Positions 9,811-17,443 of a stretch of DNA of 64,000 nt are shown here, one piece after another. Origin of the DNA: an uncultured Halanaerobiales bacterium (lineage in GTDB: Bacteria > Bacillota > Halanaerobiia > Halanaerobiales > M55B127); NCBI GenBank assembly GCA_913055675.1, contig CAJXKY010000004.1, positions 7,178-71,177 of the forward strand, in the 5' to 3' direction. A program made the position numbers and the translations under genes. The notes beneath the pieces were generated by a model. That model did not search any database. It was not told the origin of the DNA and was given only the letters and a program-made list of their open reading frames with translations. Numbering within the stretch: the first letter of the stretch is position 1; the number at the start of each line of letters is the position of its first letter.

Positions 9811-10572
9811 ATGAAAGCAAATTTCTATAATGAGTTAAACAATTTAACGGAAGATTTTAAAGAAGTCTTTGTTGGCACTATAGTGAACACGGACCAAAAG
9901 CATTCTGAATTAAAGGAAGTAAAGTTTGCGCTAACAAAAGAGAAAACAATTTACAGTAGCTCTGATCAGACAGAAAAAATAAATGAAATATTAGAGACAA
10001 TAGGAAAAGACAATATACTTAAAATGAATAATCCAGGATTAAAAGAGATTGAATTAAATGGTAAAGGGAAAGTAGAATTATATCTTGAACCTGTTACTGA
10101 CAATCCTCGTTTGATTTTGTTTGGAGCTGGACATATTGCTAATCAGGTTTCAAAAATTGCGAGCTTAATGGACTTTGAAATCACTGTTATTGATGATAGA
10201 GAAAAGTTTTTAAATAAAGAAAGATTTCCTGAAGCTGATCACTTAATTGTCAAAGATTATAGCGATTATTTAAATGAATATGAACCGGAAAAAAATGATT
10301 ATGTAGTGATTATTACAAGAGGTCATCAGTTTGATTATGATGTGTTAAGCGGAGTAATTGATGAAGATTGTAAATATGTAGGTATGATTGGTAGTTCTAA
10401 AAAAATTGGTGAAGTTTTTGATGAACTTAGAAAAGTTGATAATGCCAGTGAAGAACTACTGGATACTGTTTATACACCGATTGGTTTAGATATTGGTGCC
10501 CAAACTACTGCAGAAATAGCGGTTGCAATCATGGGAGAAATTGTAAAAGTAAGGAGGACAAAAGATGAATAA
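9811..10572 (+). CDS. XdhC family maturation-factor-like protein (Rossmann domain)
   Basis: 253 aa. RLILFGAGHIANQVSKIA, VIITRGHQFDYDVL and GMIGSSKK match the XdhC C-terminal Rossmann domain. The N-terminal 95 aa is degenerate. Confidence 0.75.
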   Translation: MKANFYNELNNLTEDFKEVFVGTIVNTDQKHSELKEVKFALTKEKTIYSSSDQTEKINEILETIGKDNILKMNNPGLKEIELNGKGKVELYLEPVTDNPRLILFGAGHIANQVSKIASLMDFEITVIDDREKFLNKERFPEADHLIVKDYSDYLNEYEPEKNDYVVIITRGHQFDYDVLSGVIDEDCKYVGMIGSSKKIGEVFDELRKVDNASEELLDTVYTPIGLDIGAQTTAEIAVAIMGEIVKVRRTKDE

Positions 10573-10882
10573 GAGATTAATAGAAAAAATAGTTGATTCA
10601 ACTGATAGCTATGATAGTTTGGCTTTAGCTACAATTGTAGATGCTAAGTCCTCGGCTCCACGAGATGTAGGTACTAGCATGATAATTTATCCTGATGGAG
10701 AAACTCACGGTACTATTGGGGGCGGAAATCAAGAAAAAGAAATTATCAATAAAGCAAAAGCATTATTAAAAGAAGGACAATCAGGTCGTATTAGTTTTAG
10801 TTTAACTAGAAAGGAAGCAGCCAAAATTGGTTGGGTCTGTGGCGGTGATATTGAAGTATATATTGAGAACATAGAACTTTAA
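10565..10882 (+). CDS. XdhC/CoxI N-terminal-domain protein
   Basis: 105 aa, overlaps the upstream stop by 8 nt. LATIVDAKSSAPRDVGTSMIIYPDGETHGTIGGG matches the XdhC_CoxI signature. Confidence 0.75.
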   Translation: MNKRLIEKIVDSTDSYDSLALATIVDAKSSAPRDVGTSMIIYPDGETHGTIGGGNQEKEIINKAKALLKEGQSGRISFSLTRKEAAKIGWVCGGDIEVYIENIEL

Positions 10883-10906
10883 AAAATCAAAATAATGAAT
10901 GATAAT

Positions 10907-10935
10907 GAGCTCACTTCGGTGGGCTCTTTTTTTTT
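10907..10935 (+). terminator. Rho-independent terminator after the XdhC pair
   Basis: GAGCTCAC-TTCG-GTGGGCTC (one G-U pair) followed by T9. Confidence 0.75.
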
Positions 10936-11325
10936 AAGAGCAATAGTATTTTCAAATCTAAAAAATTATTTTATAAAAGAGAGGAAATAATTTTTAACCA
11001 AGATCTCTTATAGATTAATAGATTTTTTCATAAAATTAAGATATTTATTTGACATTTCAATTTTATAATGAATTTGTAAGTTGAAAAGAGAGGAGTAGAT
11101 ATACACCAATTTTCCCTCCTTAAAGTTGACATGAATTAAAATAATCTCTTTCTTTTTGCCCTGCATAAGCAGGGTGAAATCAAATGAGTTAATTCTACTC
11201 ATCTAATATATATTTATCTTTGAAAGTGTTAAATATAAATATTTATAAAAAATTCCCCCTGAATTACATTTGAAAGTGGCAAAAATATAGTTAGTTTGAA
11301 AATATTATCATATCTTCCTATTTAT

Positions 11326-11348
11326 CCCCGGGTGACCGGGGTTTTCTT
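11326..11348 (+). terminator. Orphan rho-independent terminator in a non-coding stretch
   Basis: CCCCGG-GTGA-CCGGGG followed by TTTTCTT. No credible CDS lies upstream between 10936 and 11325. Confidence 0.55.
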
Positions 11349-11524
11349 ATTTAAAGCTTTGTTTTATAACTTTAATGGAAAATTAAATATTTAATAAGTT
11401 TGTTAATACGTTAGACAGAATAAAATATTAGAGAGTAAATCTACAAAATAATAATGGAAAAATATTACATTATTTCTTGTATATTACATTATGATATGGT
11501 AAAATATGGAAAAGGAGTGATTGG

Positions 11525-11848
11525 ATGATAAATAATGTAGTGCTGACTGGACGATTGGTAAGAAAGCCTGAATTAAAAGAATCAGAAGAAGGAGTTGATT
11601 ATTGCACATTTACCCTTGCAGTTCAGAGAAATTATCGCCGCAAAGATGGTGAAATTGAAACTGACTTTATAGATGTGGTTAACTGGGGGCCAGGAGCAAA
11701 ACGCTGTAGTAAGTATTTAAAAAAAGGAAAACTAGCGGGAGTCGAAGGTATGGTAAGTACATATACCATTGAAAAAGAAGATAAAAAATATAAAAACTAT
11801 CGGGTTAAAGCAAGAAGGGTACAATTTTTAGAATGGCCGGATAAGTAA
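11525..11848 (+). CDS. Short single-stranded DNA-binding protein paralog lacking the C-terminal acidic tail
   Basis: 107 aa, RBS AAAGGAG. OB-fold signature NNVVLTGRLVRKPELKESEEG...FIDVVNWG. Ends QFLEWPDK, with no Gly/Pro-rich linker and no D-x-P-F tip. Confidence 0.8.
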   Translation: MINNVVLTGRLVRKPELKESEEGVDYCTFTLAVQRNYRRKDGEIETDFIDVVNWGPGAKRCSKYLKKGKLAGVEGMVSTYTIEKEDKKYKNYRVKARRVQFLEWPDK

Positions 11849-11860
11849 TAATATTTTCAA

Positions 11861-11893
11861 GGGTTAATGAGATTATTCATTAACCCTTTTTTT
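11861..11893 (+). terminator. Rho-independent terminator after the ssb-like gene
   Basis: GGGTTAATGA ... TCATTAACCC followed by T7. Confidence 0.8.
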
Positions 11894-12032
11894 ACTGTTT
11901 CAAAAGGGAGGAATTGGAATTTATTTGTAGAATAATATAAAAAGGAGAAAAGAATATAAATTTATGTATTAAATCCGAATTTATGTTCATAATAATATCA
12001 AATTGTTATTATACAGAAATGGGGGGGATAGT

Positions 12033-12560
12033 TTGAGAAAATATATTTATACTTTCTTAATTATCATTATTGTTATTGGGTCACTTTTATTAGTAAATAA
12101 CCTGGGAATTATTTCATTTAGGCAGTGGGGAGAAAATATTATTCAAAGTACACCTTTTGTAAAAGAATATGTACGGACTGCTGAAGAGTATGAAGAAGTA
12201 GTTGCAGAAATGGAAGAACTGGAAGAGGAAAAAAGTGATTTAAAAGAACAGGTGGAAGAAATGAGACAAGAAAATAATGAATTTGAAGAGAGAATAACAG
12301 AACTTGAAGAAAATAATAAAGAGTTAAAAAATGAGTTAATGGAAACTCAAAAACAACAGGCAAGTCAACAGGAAAATTTTGAAAAGTTATTAAAAATATA
12401 TGAAAATATGGACCCGGAAAAAGCCGCTAATATTTTAAACAATCTTAATAGAGATTTTGCTATGAAAATCTTGAGAGGATTAAGTGATAAAGATGCAGCT
12501 ACCATCTTAGAAAGTATGAGTGTAGAGGATGCTGTAGATTTCAGCCAAGATCTTCAGTAG
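12033..12560 (+). CDS. Membrane-anchored coiled-coil protein with MgtE_N/FlbB-like C-terminal domain
   Basis: TTG at 12033 follows GGGGGGG (track start 12003 lacks an RBS). One TM segment (YIYTFLIIIIVIGSLLLV), a Glu-rich coiled coil, then PEKAANILNNLNRDFAMKILRGLSDKDAATILESM. Confidence 0.6.
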   Translation: MRKYIYTFLIIIIVIGSLLLVNNLGIISFRQWGENIIQSTPFVKEYVRTAEEYEEVVAEMEELEEEKSDLKEQVEEMRQENNEFEERITELEENNKELKNELMETQKQQASQQENFEKLLKIYENMDPEKAANILNNLNRDFAMKILRGLSDKDAATILESMSVEDAVDFSQDLQ

Positions 12561-12837
12561 AGCTTAAAAATAATGTTAAAAGTGTAATTTTTTAAGTTTA
12601 TTGTTTCTTTAAAAATTTTTGTATACTAAATATGATAGCTATTAAATACAATCATTTCATGCAAAGGGATAGAAAAGAAAATTGGAATAGAAAGAAAAAT
12701 ACTTTAATAATCGTAAATAAACTGCTTTTTTAAACACTATAAAGTATCCGGTTAACGTCCCAAAACTGATTCGAAATAGTTCATTTCCCCCAGAAATATA
12801 TGCAGTTTTAATGTGTGATTATTATGGAGTGATCTGT

Positions 12838-14874
12838 TTGAAAAATAAAAACATCTATTTTGTTATATTTTTAATAGCCTTTCTTTTATTAACAACAACT
12901 TTACATGCAGAAAACTTTTCGACTTCTTTAAAAAATTTTGTATCCAATGGTAAAAAAGTTCAGATCAAATTATATAATGGACAATCAGATCTGAGAATAT
13001 TTACAGGTACTAATGTTGAAATTAGTAATTTAGATAAATCAAAACGTACCTTTCTAGCAAAAAACAAAGAATATATTATAGAACCATATGTAAAAGGACA
13101 GCCCGTTTGGTTTATACAAGTTTTTGCCACTGAAGAGCAGAATAAGGCTGAAAACATTAAAGAGGATATTAAAAATAATTTTAGTGATTATGAAGTCCGG
13201 ATCAAATTGGTAGATGATTTATATAAAGTTCAAGTTGGAACCTTTAACGAAGAATTAGCTGCCGAAAAGGTTTCTCAAAACTTAAATAACGCCGGTTGGA
13301 AAACCTGGGTTATAGAAAGTGAAACTGGTGAAGAGTCTTCTCAATTAGTAGTTAAAGATAAGCAAGGTAATAATGTATTTGAAAACGGTACTATTTTTTG
13401 TGAAGGCGTTATTAGTTTGAGGGATAACTTATATAATGGGAAAATGCAGTTTAAATTAGAAGATGGAAAAATAGAAGTTTTAAATGAAATAGATTTTTTA
13501 ACATTAGAATATAGTTTACTTTTAGAAAACAAACCTGATACCAATAATTTAACTTTTTTGAAAACTGCAGCTGTACTTAACAGAAGTAGGGTTTTAAGTA
13601 AAATATTAAACGAAACAGCACCATATAAATTTCCCCAGTACCAAGGTATTTCGGGTTTGTCTGAAATTGTTAAAGTTGCTGTGGATAAAACCTCCGCAAA
13701 GGTGATATATAAAGATAATTCACTCTTTGATGGAACTGTTGATTTTAAAAAAGTAAATAGAAATCATAATACTTTTGAATCGGTATTGTTCAGTGAGTTT
13801 GATTCTATTGAAATTAGAGATTTAGATACTACTTTAGAAGAAACAAAATTAGTAGATTCTAATATTGATATTGGTTTAAAATATAAAGAGATTAGACAGT
13901 TAACCTGGAATGGTCCACGGGTCATAAGTATTGTTGATTTAAACACCTTGAAAGGTAGACATAAAGTTACTTCATTTATAAGCAATGATAAGATTGAGGG
14001 GCTGTCTTCGTTAGCTGATGTAGCGAATCAAAAAGGGGCATTAGTTGGAGTTAATGGTGGTTTTTATACTTCATCAGGCACTCCCTTAGGAATAGTAATG
14101 ATTGATGGTGTGATGGTTTCAGAACCTTTATATAATAGAGCTGCTTTAGGTATAACTAAAAGTGGTGAAATATTGATTGATAATGTGAAGTGGAGAGGAT
14201 TATTAAAAACCAAGAATAATAGCCACATCATTATTGATGCAGTCAATAGAAAACCTAATAATGATGGGGAAATAATATTATATAATAGTTTTTTTGGAGA
14301 AAGAACTCCTCAATTCAATCAATCTACTACAGAAATTGTAGTGGCTGAAAATAGGATATTAGAAGTTGATAAGGGAGAATTAATCAATAATTCTATTCCA
14401 AAAGAGGGGTTTGTAATAAAAATATTCAACAGCGATTCTGAATCATATTCATCTTTTGAGCCTGGTAAAGAAGTAGAATACAAAAATATATTCAGTCCTA
14501 ACTGGAATCAGGAAGATGTTGTAAGCATCATGGGAGGAGGCCCGAAACTGATTTCAGAGGGAGAAGTAACTGTGACTGGACAGGCCGAAAATTTCCAGTC
14601 GGATATCATTCAAGGCAGGGCTCCACGGACAGCTGTTGGTATTACTGAAGATGACCACTTACTATTTGTAATGGTCGATGGGCGTCAGCCAGAACTAAGT
14701 GTTGGTATAACACTTAATAATTTAGCCCAGTATTTAAAAAAATTAAATGTAAAAGAAGCCATGAATTTAGATGGCGGCGATTCTTCTCAATTGGTAATTA
14801 GAGGGTATACCTTTAATAGTCCTTCTGGTTATAGGGAAATCGGAACTGGAATTTTAATTAAAAAAGTAAATTAA
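12838..14874 (+). CDS. Envelope protein with SPOR domain and C-terminal phosphodiester glycosidase (NAGPA-like) domain
   Basis: TTG at 12838 with GGAGTG RBS gives signal peptide MKNKNIYFVIFLIAFLLLTTTLHA (track start is 12811). SPOR-like WFIQVFATEEQNKAE...LYKVQVGTF...AGWKTWVIE. NAGPA-like GGGPKLISEGEV, GRAPRTAVGI, LFVMVDGRQ and AMNLDGGDSSQL. Confidence 0.75.
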   Translation: MKNKNIYFVIFLIAFLLLTTTLHAENFSTSLKNFVSNGKKVQIKLYNGQSDLRIFTGTNVEISNLDKSKRTFLAKNKEYIIEPYVKGQPVWFIQVFATEEQNKAENIKEDIKNNFSDYEVRIKLVDDLYKVQVGTFNEELAAEKVSQNLNNAGWKTWVIESETGEESSQLVVKDKQGNNVFENGTIFCEGVISLRDNLYNGKMQFKLEDGKIEVLNEIDFLTLEYSLLLENKPDTNNLTFLKTAAVLNRSRVLSKILNETAPYKFPQYQGISGLSEIVKVAVDKTSAKVIYKDNSLFDGTVDFKKVNRNHNTFESVLFSEFDSIEIRDLDTTLEETKLVDSNIDIGLKYKEIRQLTWNGPRVISIVDLNTLKGRHKVTSFISNDKIEGLSSLADVANQKGALVGVNGGFYTSSGTPLGIVMIDGVMVSEPLYNRAALGITKSGEILIDNVKWRGLLKTKNNSHIIIDAVNRKPNNDGEIILYNSFFGERTPQFNQSTTEIVVAENRILEVDKGELINNSIPKEGFVIKIFNSDSESYSSFEPGKEVEYKNIFSPNWNQEDVVSIMGGGPKLISEGEVTVTGQAENFQSDIIQGRAPRTAVGITEDDHLLFVMVDGRQPELSVGITLNNLAQYLKKLNVKEAMNLDGGDSSQLVIRGYTFNSPSGYREIGTGILIKKVN

Positions 14875-14889
14875 TGGAGGATGATATTT

Positions 14890-15411
14890 TTGTATAAAAA
14901 AATTCTAATACTATTTATACTAATTACAATTAGCTTAACTCCGGTAGCAAATGCTCAAACTCATGATTTTCAGGAAATGAATTATTCGGTACTCATTGAT
15001 GGTGATAATACTTCACTTAATATTAATCCAATATTTCAGTTTCAAAATGAACTGAACAAATTGAGTTTTGATCTGAACTTTGATGGGGATGATTTTAGAT
15101 TTGGTGGTACCTGGTTAATACAGGCCTTAAAGGATGAAGACTATGAAACTGATGCTGCTTTTTCTGTCTTAACAAAACCCTATAATAACGGATTTACTAC
15201 TGGACTTGGTGTTGAAGGAAGGAAATTTTTTGAACAGAACAGAGAATTACAATATGAGCTGAAATATATTTTGGACAACCAAAAATTTGAATATAGAATT
15301 GGCTATCTAACTCCTATTGTAAAAAACAATGATTTAAAGGTAAGTATCGGTAATTCTTACTGGCATGATAAACTTCTTTTACTAGAAGTAGGATTCAGAG
15401 TTAAATTTTAA
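14890..15411 (+). CDS. Small outer-membrane beta-barrel-like protein
   Basis: GGAGG ends at 14880, so the ATG at 14881 has zero spacing; the in-frame TTG at 14890 is better placed. Signal peptide ...SLTPVANA/QT. C-terminus LLLEVGFRVKF (terminal Phe beta-signal). Confidence 0.6.
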   Translation: MYKKILILFILITISLTPVANAQTHDFQEMNYSVLIDGDNTSLNINPIFQFQNELNKLSFDLNFDGDDFRFGGTWLIQALKDEDYETDAAFSVLTKPYNNGFTTGLGVEGRKFFEQNRELQYELKYILDNQKFEYRIGYLTPIVKNNDLKVSIGNSYWHDKLLLLEVGFRVKF

Positions 15412-15434
15412 CTTAATTTGTGAGGAGTACTATA

Positions 15435-15566
15435 ATGTCTGAAAAGGAAAATGAAGGCAAGAGATATTTAGATATAGTCCTAGTTTTAATTCTTTTTTTG
15501 GTCTTATCTACTTATATTGATTTAAATATTACTTTGGAGCAAATATTGGGGGTTTTAACTGGTTAA
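15435..15566 (+). CDS. 43-aa single-pass membrane peptide (not in the ORF track)
   Basis: GAGGAG RBS 7 nt upstream of the ATG. MSEKENEGKRYLDIVLVLILFLVLSTYIDLNITLEQILGVLTG. It fills the gap between the OMP gene and sigH. Confidence 0.45.
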   Translation: MSEKENEGKRYLDIVLVLILFLVLSTYIDLNITLEQILGVLTG

Positions 15567-15593
15567 AGCATTTTTAAGTTGGGGGGAAGTTAG

Positions 15594-16223
15594 ATGTTTG
15601 ACCAAAAGCAGGGAGAAGAAGAAATAATAGTTCAGGCAAAAAATGGTAATAAACTAGCAATAGAGTATTTGATCAATAAAAACATGGACATAGTTTATGC
15701 AAAGGCAAAATATTTTTTCATAAAAGGTTTGGATAAAGAAGATGTGATTCAAGAAGGGATGCTAGGACTTTTTAAAGCTATCAGGGATTATCAAATTGAT
15801 CGAGAAGCTTCTTTTAGAGGTTTCTCACAATTGTGTGTACATCGTCAATTAATATCAGCAATTAAGAGAGCTAATCGGCAGAAGCATCAACCTCTTAATA
15901 ATTCTACTTCAATAAATAAAACATATGATTATGATAATGAATCAGGAAGAAGTTTCAGTGAAATACTTCCTGACAAAAAAAAGAAATTGGAAGACCAATT
16001 TGTTTATAAAGAAATTATAGATTTAGTGTTTAAGGAAATTGAAAAAGATTTAACTAAACTTGAAAAAGAAGTATTTTATGAATATTTAGATGACCGCTCT
16101 TATAAAGAAATCTCTGAGAAATTAGATATTAACGTTAAAACAGTGGATAATGCTTTACAGAGAGCCCGTAAGAAAATTGAAGAAATTAAAACAAATAATG
16201 ATTTAGAAGATCTTGTAATATAG
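15594..16223 (+). CDS. sigH: RNA polymerase sigma-H (Spo0H-type) factor
   Basis: 209 aa, RBS GGGGGGAAG. IVQAKNGNKLAIEYLINK, DVIQEGMLGLFKAIRDY, SFRGFSQLCVHRQLISAIK and KTVDNALQRARKK are typical of SigH. Confidence 0.85.
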   Translation: MFDQKQGEEEIIVQAKNGNKLAIEYLINKNMDIVYAKAKYFFIKGLDKEDVIQEGMLGLFKAIRDYQIDREASFRGFSQLCVHRQLISAIKRANRQKHQPLNNSTSINKTYDYDNESGRSFSEILPDKKKKLEDQFVYKEIIDLVFKEIEKDLTKLEKEVFYEYLDDRSYKEISEKLDINVKTVDNALQRARKKIEEIKTNNDLEDLVI

Positions 16224-16268
16224 CTTTAGATAGAAAAACGGGGATTTATTTCAGTAATAGCTAGTTGT

Positions 16269-16297
16269 TTGACAACTTTAATATACTGTGTTATATT
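16269..16297 (+). promoter_or_regulatory. Sigma-A-type promoter for the cold-shock gene
   Basis: TTGACA (16269-16274), 17-nt spacer, TGtTATATT extended -10 (-10 hexamer at 16292-16297). Leaves a 5' UTR of roughly 50 nt. Confidence 0.5.
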
Positions 16298-16353
16298 AAG
16301 ATAAATGGGAATTGACTTCCCAAAGAAACAATATACAGGAGGAATATAAAATT

Positions 16354-16563
16354 ATGATTTATACTGGAACAGTAAAATGGTTTGATGCGAAAAAAGGTTA
16401 TGGTTTCATTGAAAGAGAAGATGGAGACGATGTTTTTGTTCACTTTTCAGCTATCCAAGATGAAGGATTTAAAACTCTTGAAGACGGCGAAGAAGTAGAA
16501 TTCGAAATTGTTGAGGGCGACAGAGGTCCTCAAGCCGAAGAAGTTGTGAGGGTTGAAGAATAA
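16354..16563 (+). CDS. Cold-shock protein (CspA family)
   Basis: ATG at 16354 after ACAGGAGG (track start 16312 is an upstream extension). [34 protein letters not shown] contains the RNP1/RNP2 motifs. Confidence 0.9.
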   Translation: MIYTGTVKWFDAKKGYGFIEREDGDDVFVHFSAIQDEGFKTLEDGEEVEFEIVEGDRGPQAEEVVRVEE

Positions 16564-16591
16564 TTATATATACCTAAGTAAGTGGACATGG

Positions 16592-16627
16592 ATCCTGATT
16601 ACAGAAATGTAATCAGGATTTTTCTTA
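16592..16627 (+). terminator. Rho-independent terminator after csp
   Basis: ATCCTGATTAC-AGAAAT-GTAATCAGGAT followed by TTTTTCTT. Confidence 0.8.
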
Positions 16628-16711
16628 TAAAAGAAGGGTTTTGCCTTAAAATATTGAATTATTATAATAACACAATTATTTATCTTAGTAGTTCAGAAGG
16701 GAGTGGAGATA

Positions 16712-17275
16712 ATGAATATTACGGTTTATGGAAAAAATATCGATGTAACACCTTCACTAAAGGAATATGCCCGAGAAAAGATGCAAAAGCTCAAGAAGTA
16801 TTTTGAAGATGAACCCATGGAAGTCCACATTACAATGGAGGTAGAGAAAGAGAGGCATATAGTAGAAGTTACGGCTTATGTCAAAGGATTAATTCTCCGA
16901 GGTGAGGAAGAAACAACTGATATGTATGCTTCACTTGATAGTGTGATTGAAAAAGTTGAAAGACAGATTCATAAATATAAAACAAAAATTCACAATAAGA
17001 TGATTGAAAGAAAGCAAGAATATAAAGAAGAATATATGGAAAAAAGAGAAGAAATGATTAAAAGCAAGAGAGAACCAGAAGAAGATGAATTTGAGCCCAA
17101 AATTGTTAAAACAAAGAGTTTTGCTCTTAAACCAATGGACGCTCAAGAAGCAGTAATGCAGATGGATTTAATTGGCCATGACTTTTTTGTTTTCTCTAAT
17201 GCAAATACAAATGAAGTAAATGTTGTATATAAAAGAAAAGATGGAAATTATGGTTTGATAGAACCAACCTTTTAA
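16712..17275 (+). CDS. hpf: Ribosome hibernation promoting factor, long form
   Basis: ATG at 16712 after GGGAGTGGAG. MNITVYGKNIDVTPSLKEYAREKMQKL, plus C-terminal dimerisation domain KPMDAQEAVMQMDLIGHDFFVFSN...VNVVYKRKDGNYGLIEP. Confidence 0.9.
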   Translation: MNITVYGKNIDVTPSLKEYAREKMQKLKKYFEDEPMEVHITMEVEKERHIVEVTAYVKGLILRGEEETTDMYASLDSVIEKVERQIHKYKTKIHNKMIERKQEYKEEYMEKREEMIKSKREPEEDEFEPKIVKTKSFALKPMDAQEAVMQMDLIGHDFFVFSNANTNEVNVVYKRKDGNYGLIEPTF

Positions 17276-17302
17276 TAGATAAAAAATAATCATAAGAAAT
17301 AC

Positions 17303-17332
17303 AAGGTCGCCTTTAATAGGGCGACCTTTTGT
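17303..17332 (+). terminator. Rho-independent terminator after hpf
   Basis: GGTCGCC-loop-GGCGACC followed by TTTTGT. Confidence 0.65.
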
Positions 17333-17347
17333 AATGCAATAGAGACA

Positions 17348-17376
17348 TTGATAGTTTACCTAATAAGTGTTATAAT
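17348..17376 (+). promoter_or_regulatory. Sigma-A-type promoter for secA
   Basis: TTGATA (17348-17353), 17-nt spacer, TGtTATAAT (-10 hexamer at 17371-17376). Confidence 0.55.
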
Positions 17377-17443
17377 GAAATGTAAATTTGTAAAGAATGA
17401 GCGTTATATTTTTATCTATAATACTAAAACAGGTGGTAATAAA

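Noticed and set aside
11008-11202. 64-aa minus-strand ORF in the long intergenic region.
   Set aside because: No RBS upstream on the minus strand, no recognisable motif, and it is the only minus-strand candidate in a + strand block. The region is better treated as non-coding.
11219-11278. Direct repeat TTTGAAAGTG at 11219 and 11269, exactly 50 bp apart.
   Set aside because: A 10-mer recurring within 100 bp is expected a few times by chance in 64 kb of AT-rich DNA. No matching regulator motif is known to me.
16582-16806. 74-aa + strand ORF between csp and hpf.
   Set aside because: It starts inside the csp terminator hairpin, has no RBS and overlaps the true hpf start in another frame.
17348-17443. 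32-codon N-terminal extension of secA given by the ORF track.
   Set aside because: The extension begins at a TTG that is itself the -35-like TTGATA of a TTGATA-17-TATAAT promoter. The ATG at 17444 has an AGGTGG RBS and gives the conserved SecA N-terminus, MLDFLKNLF.
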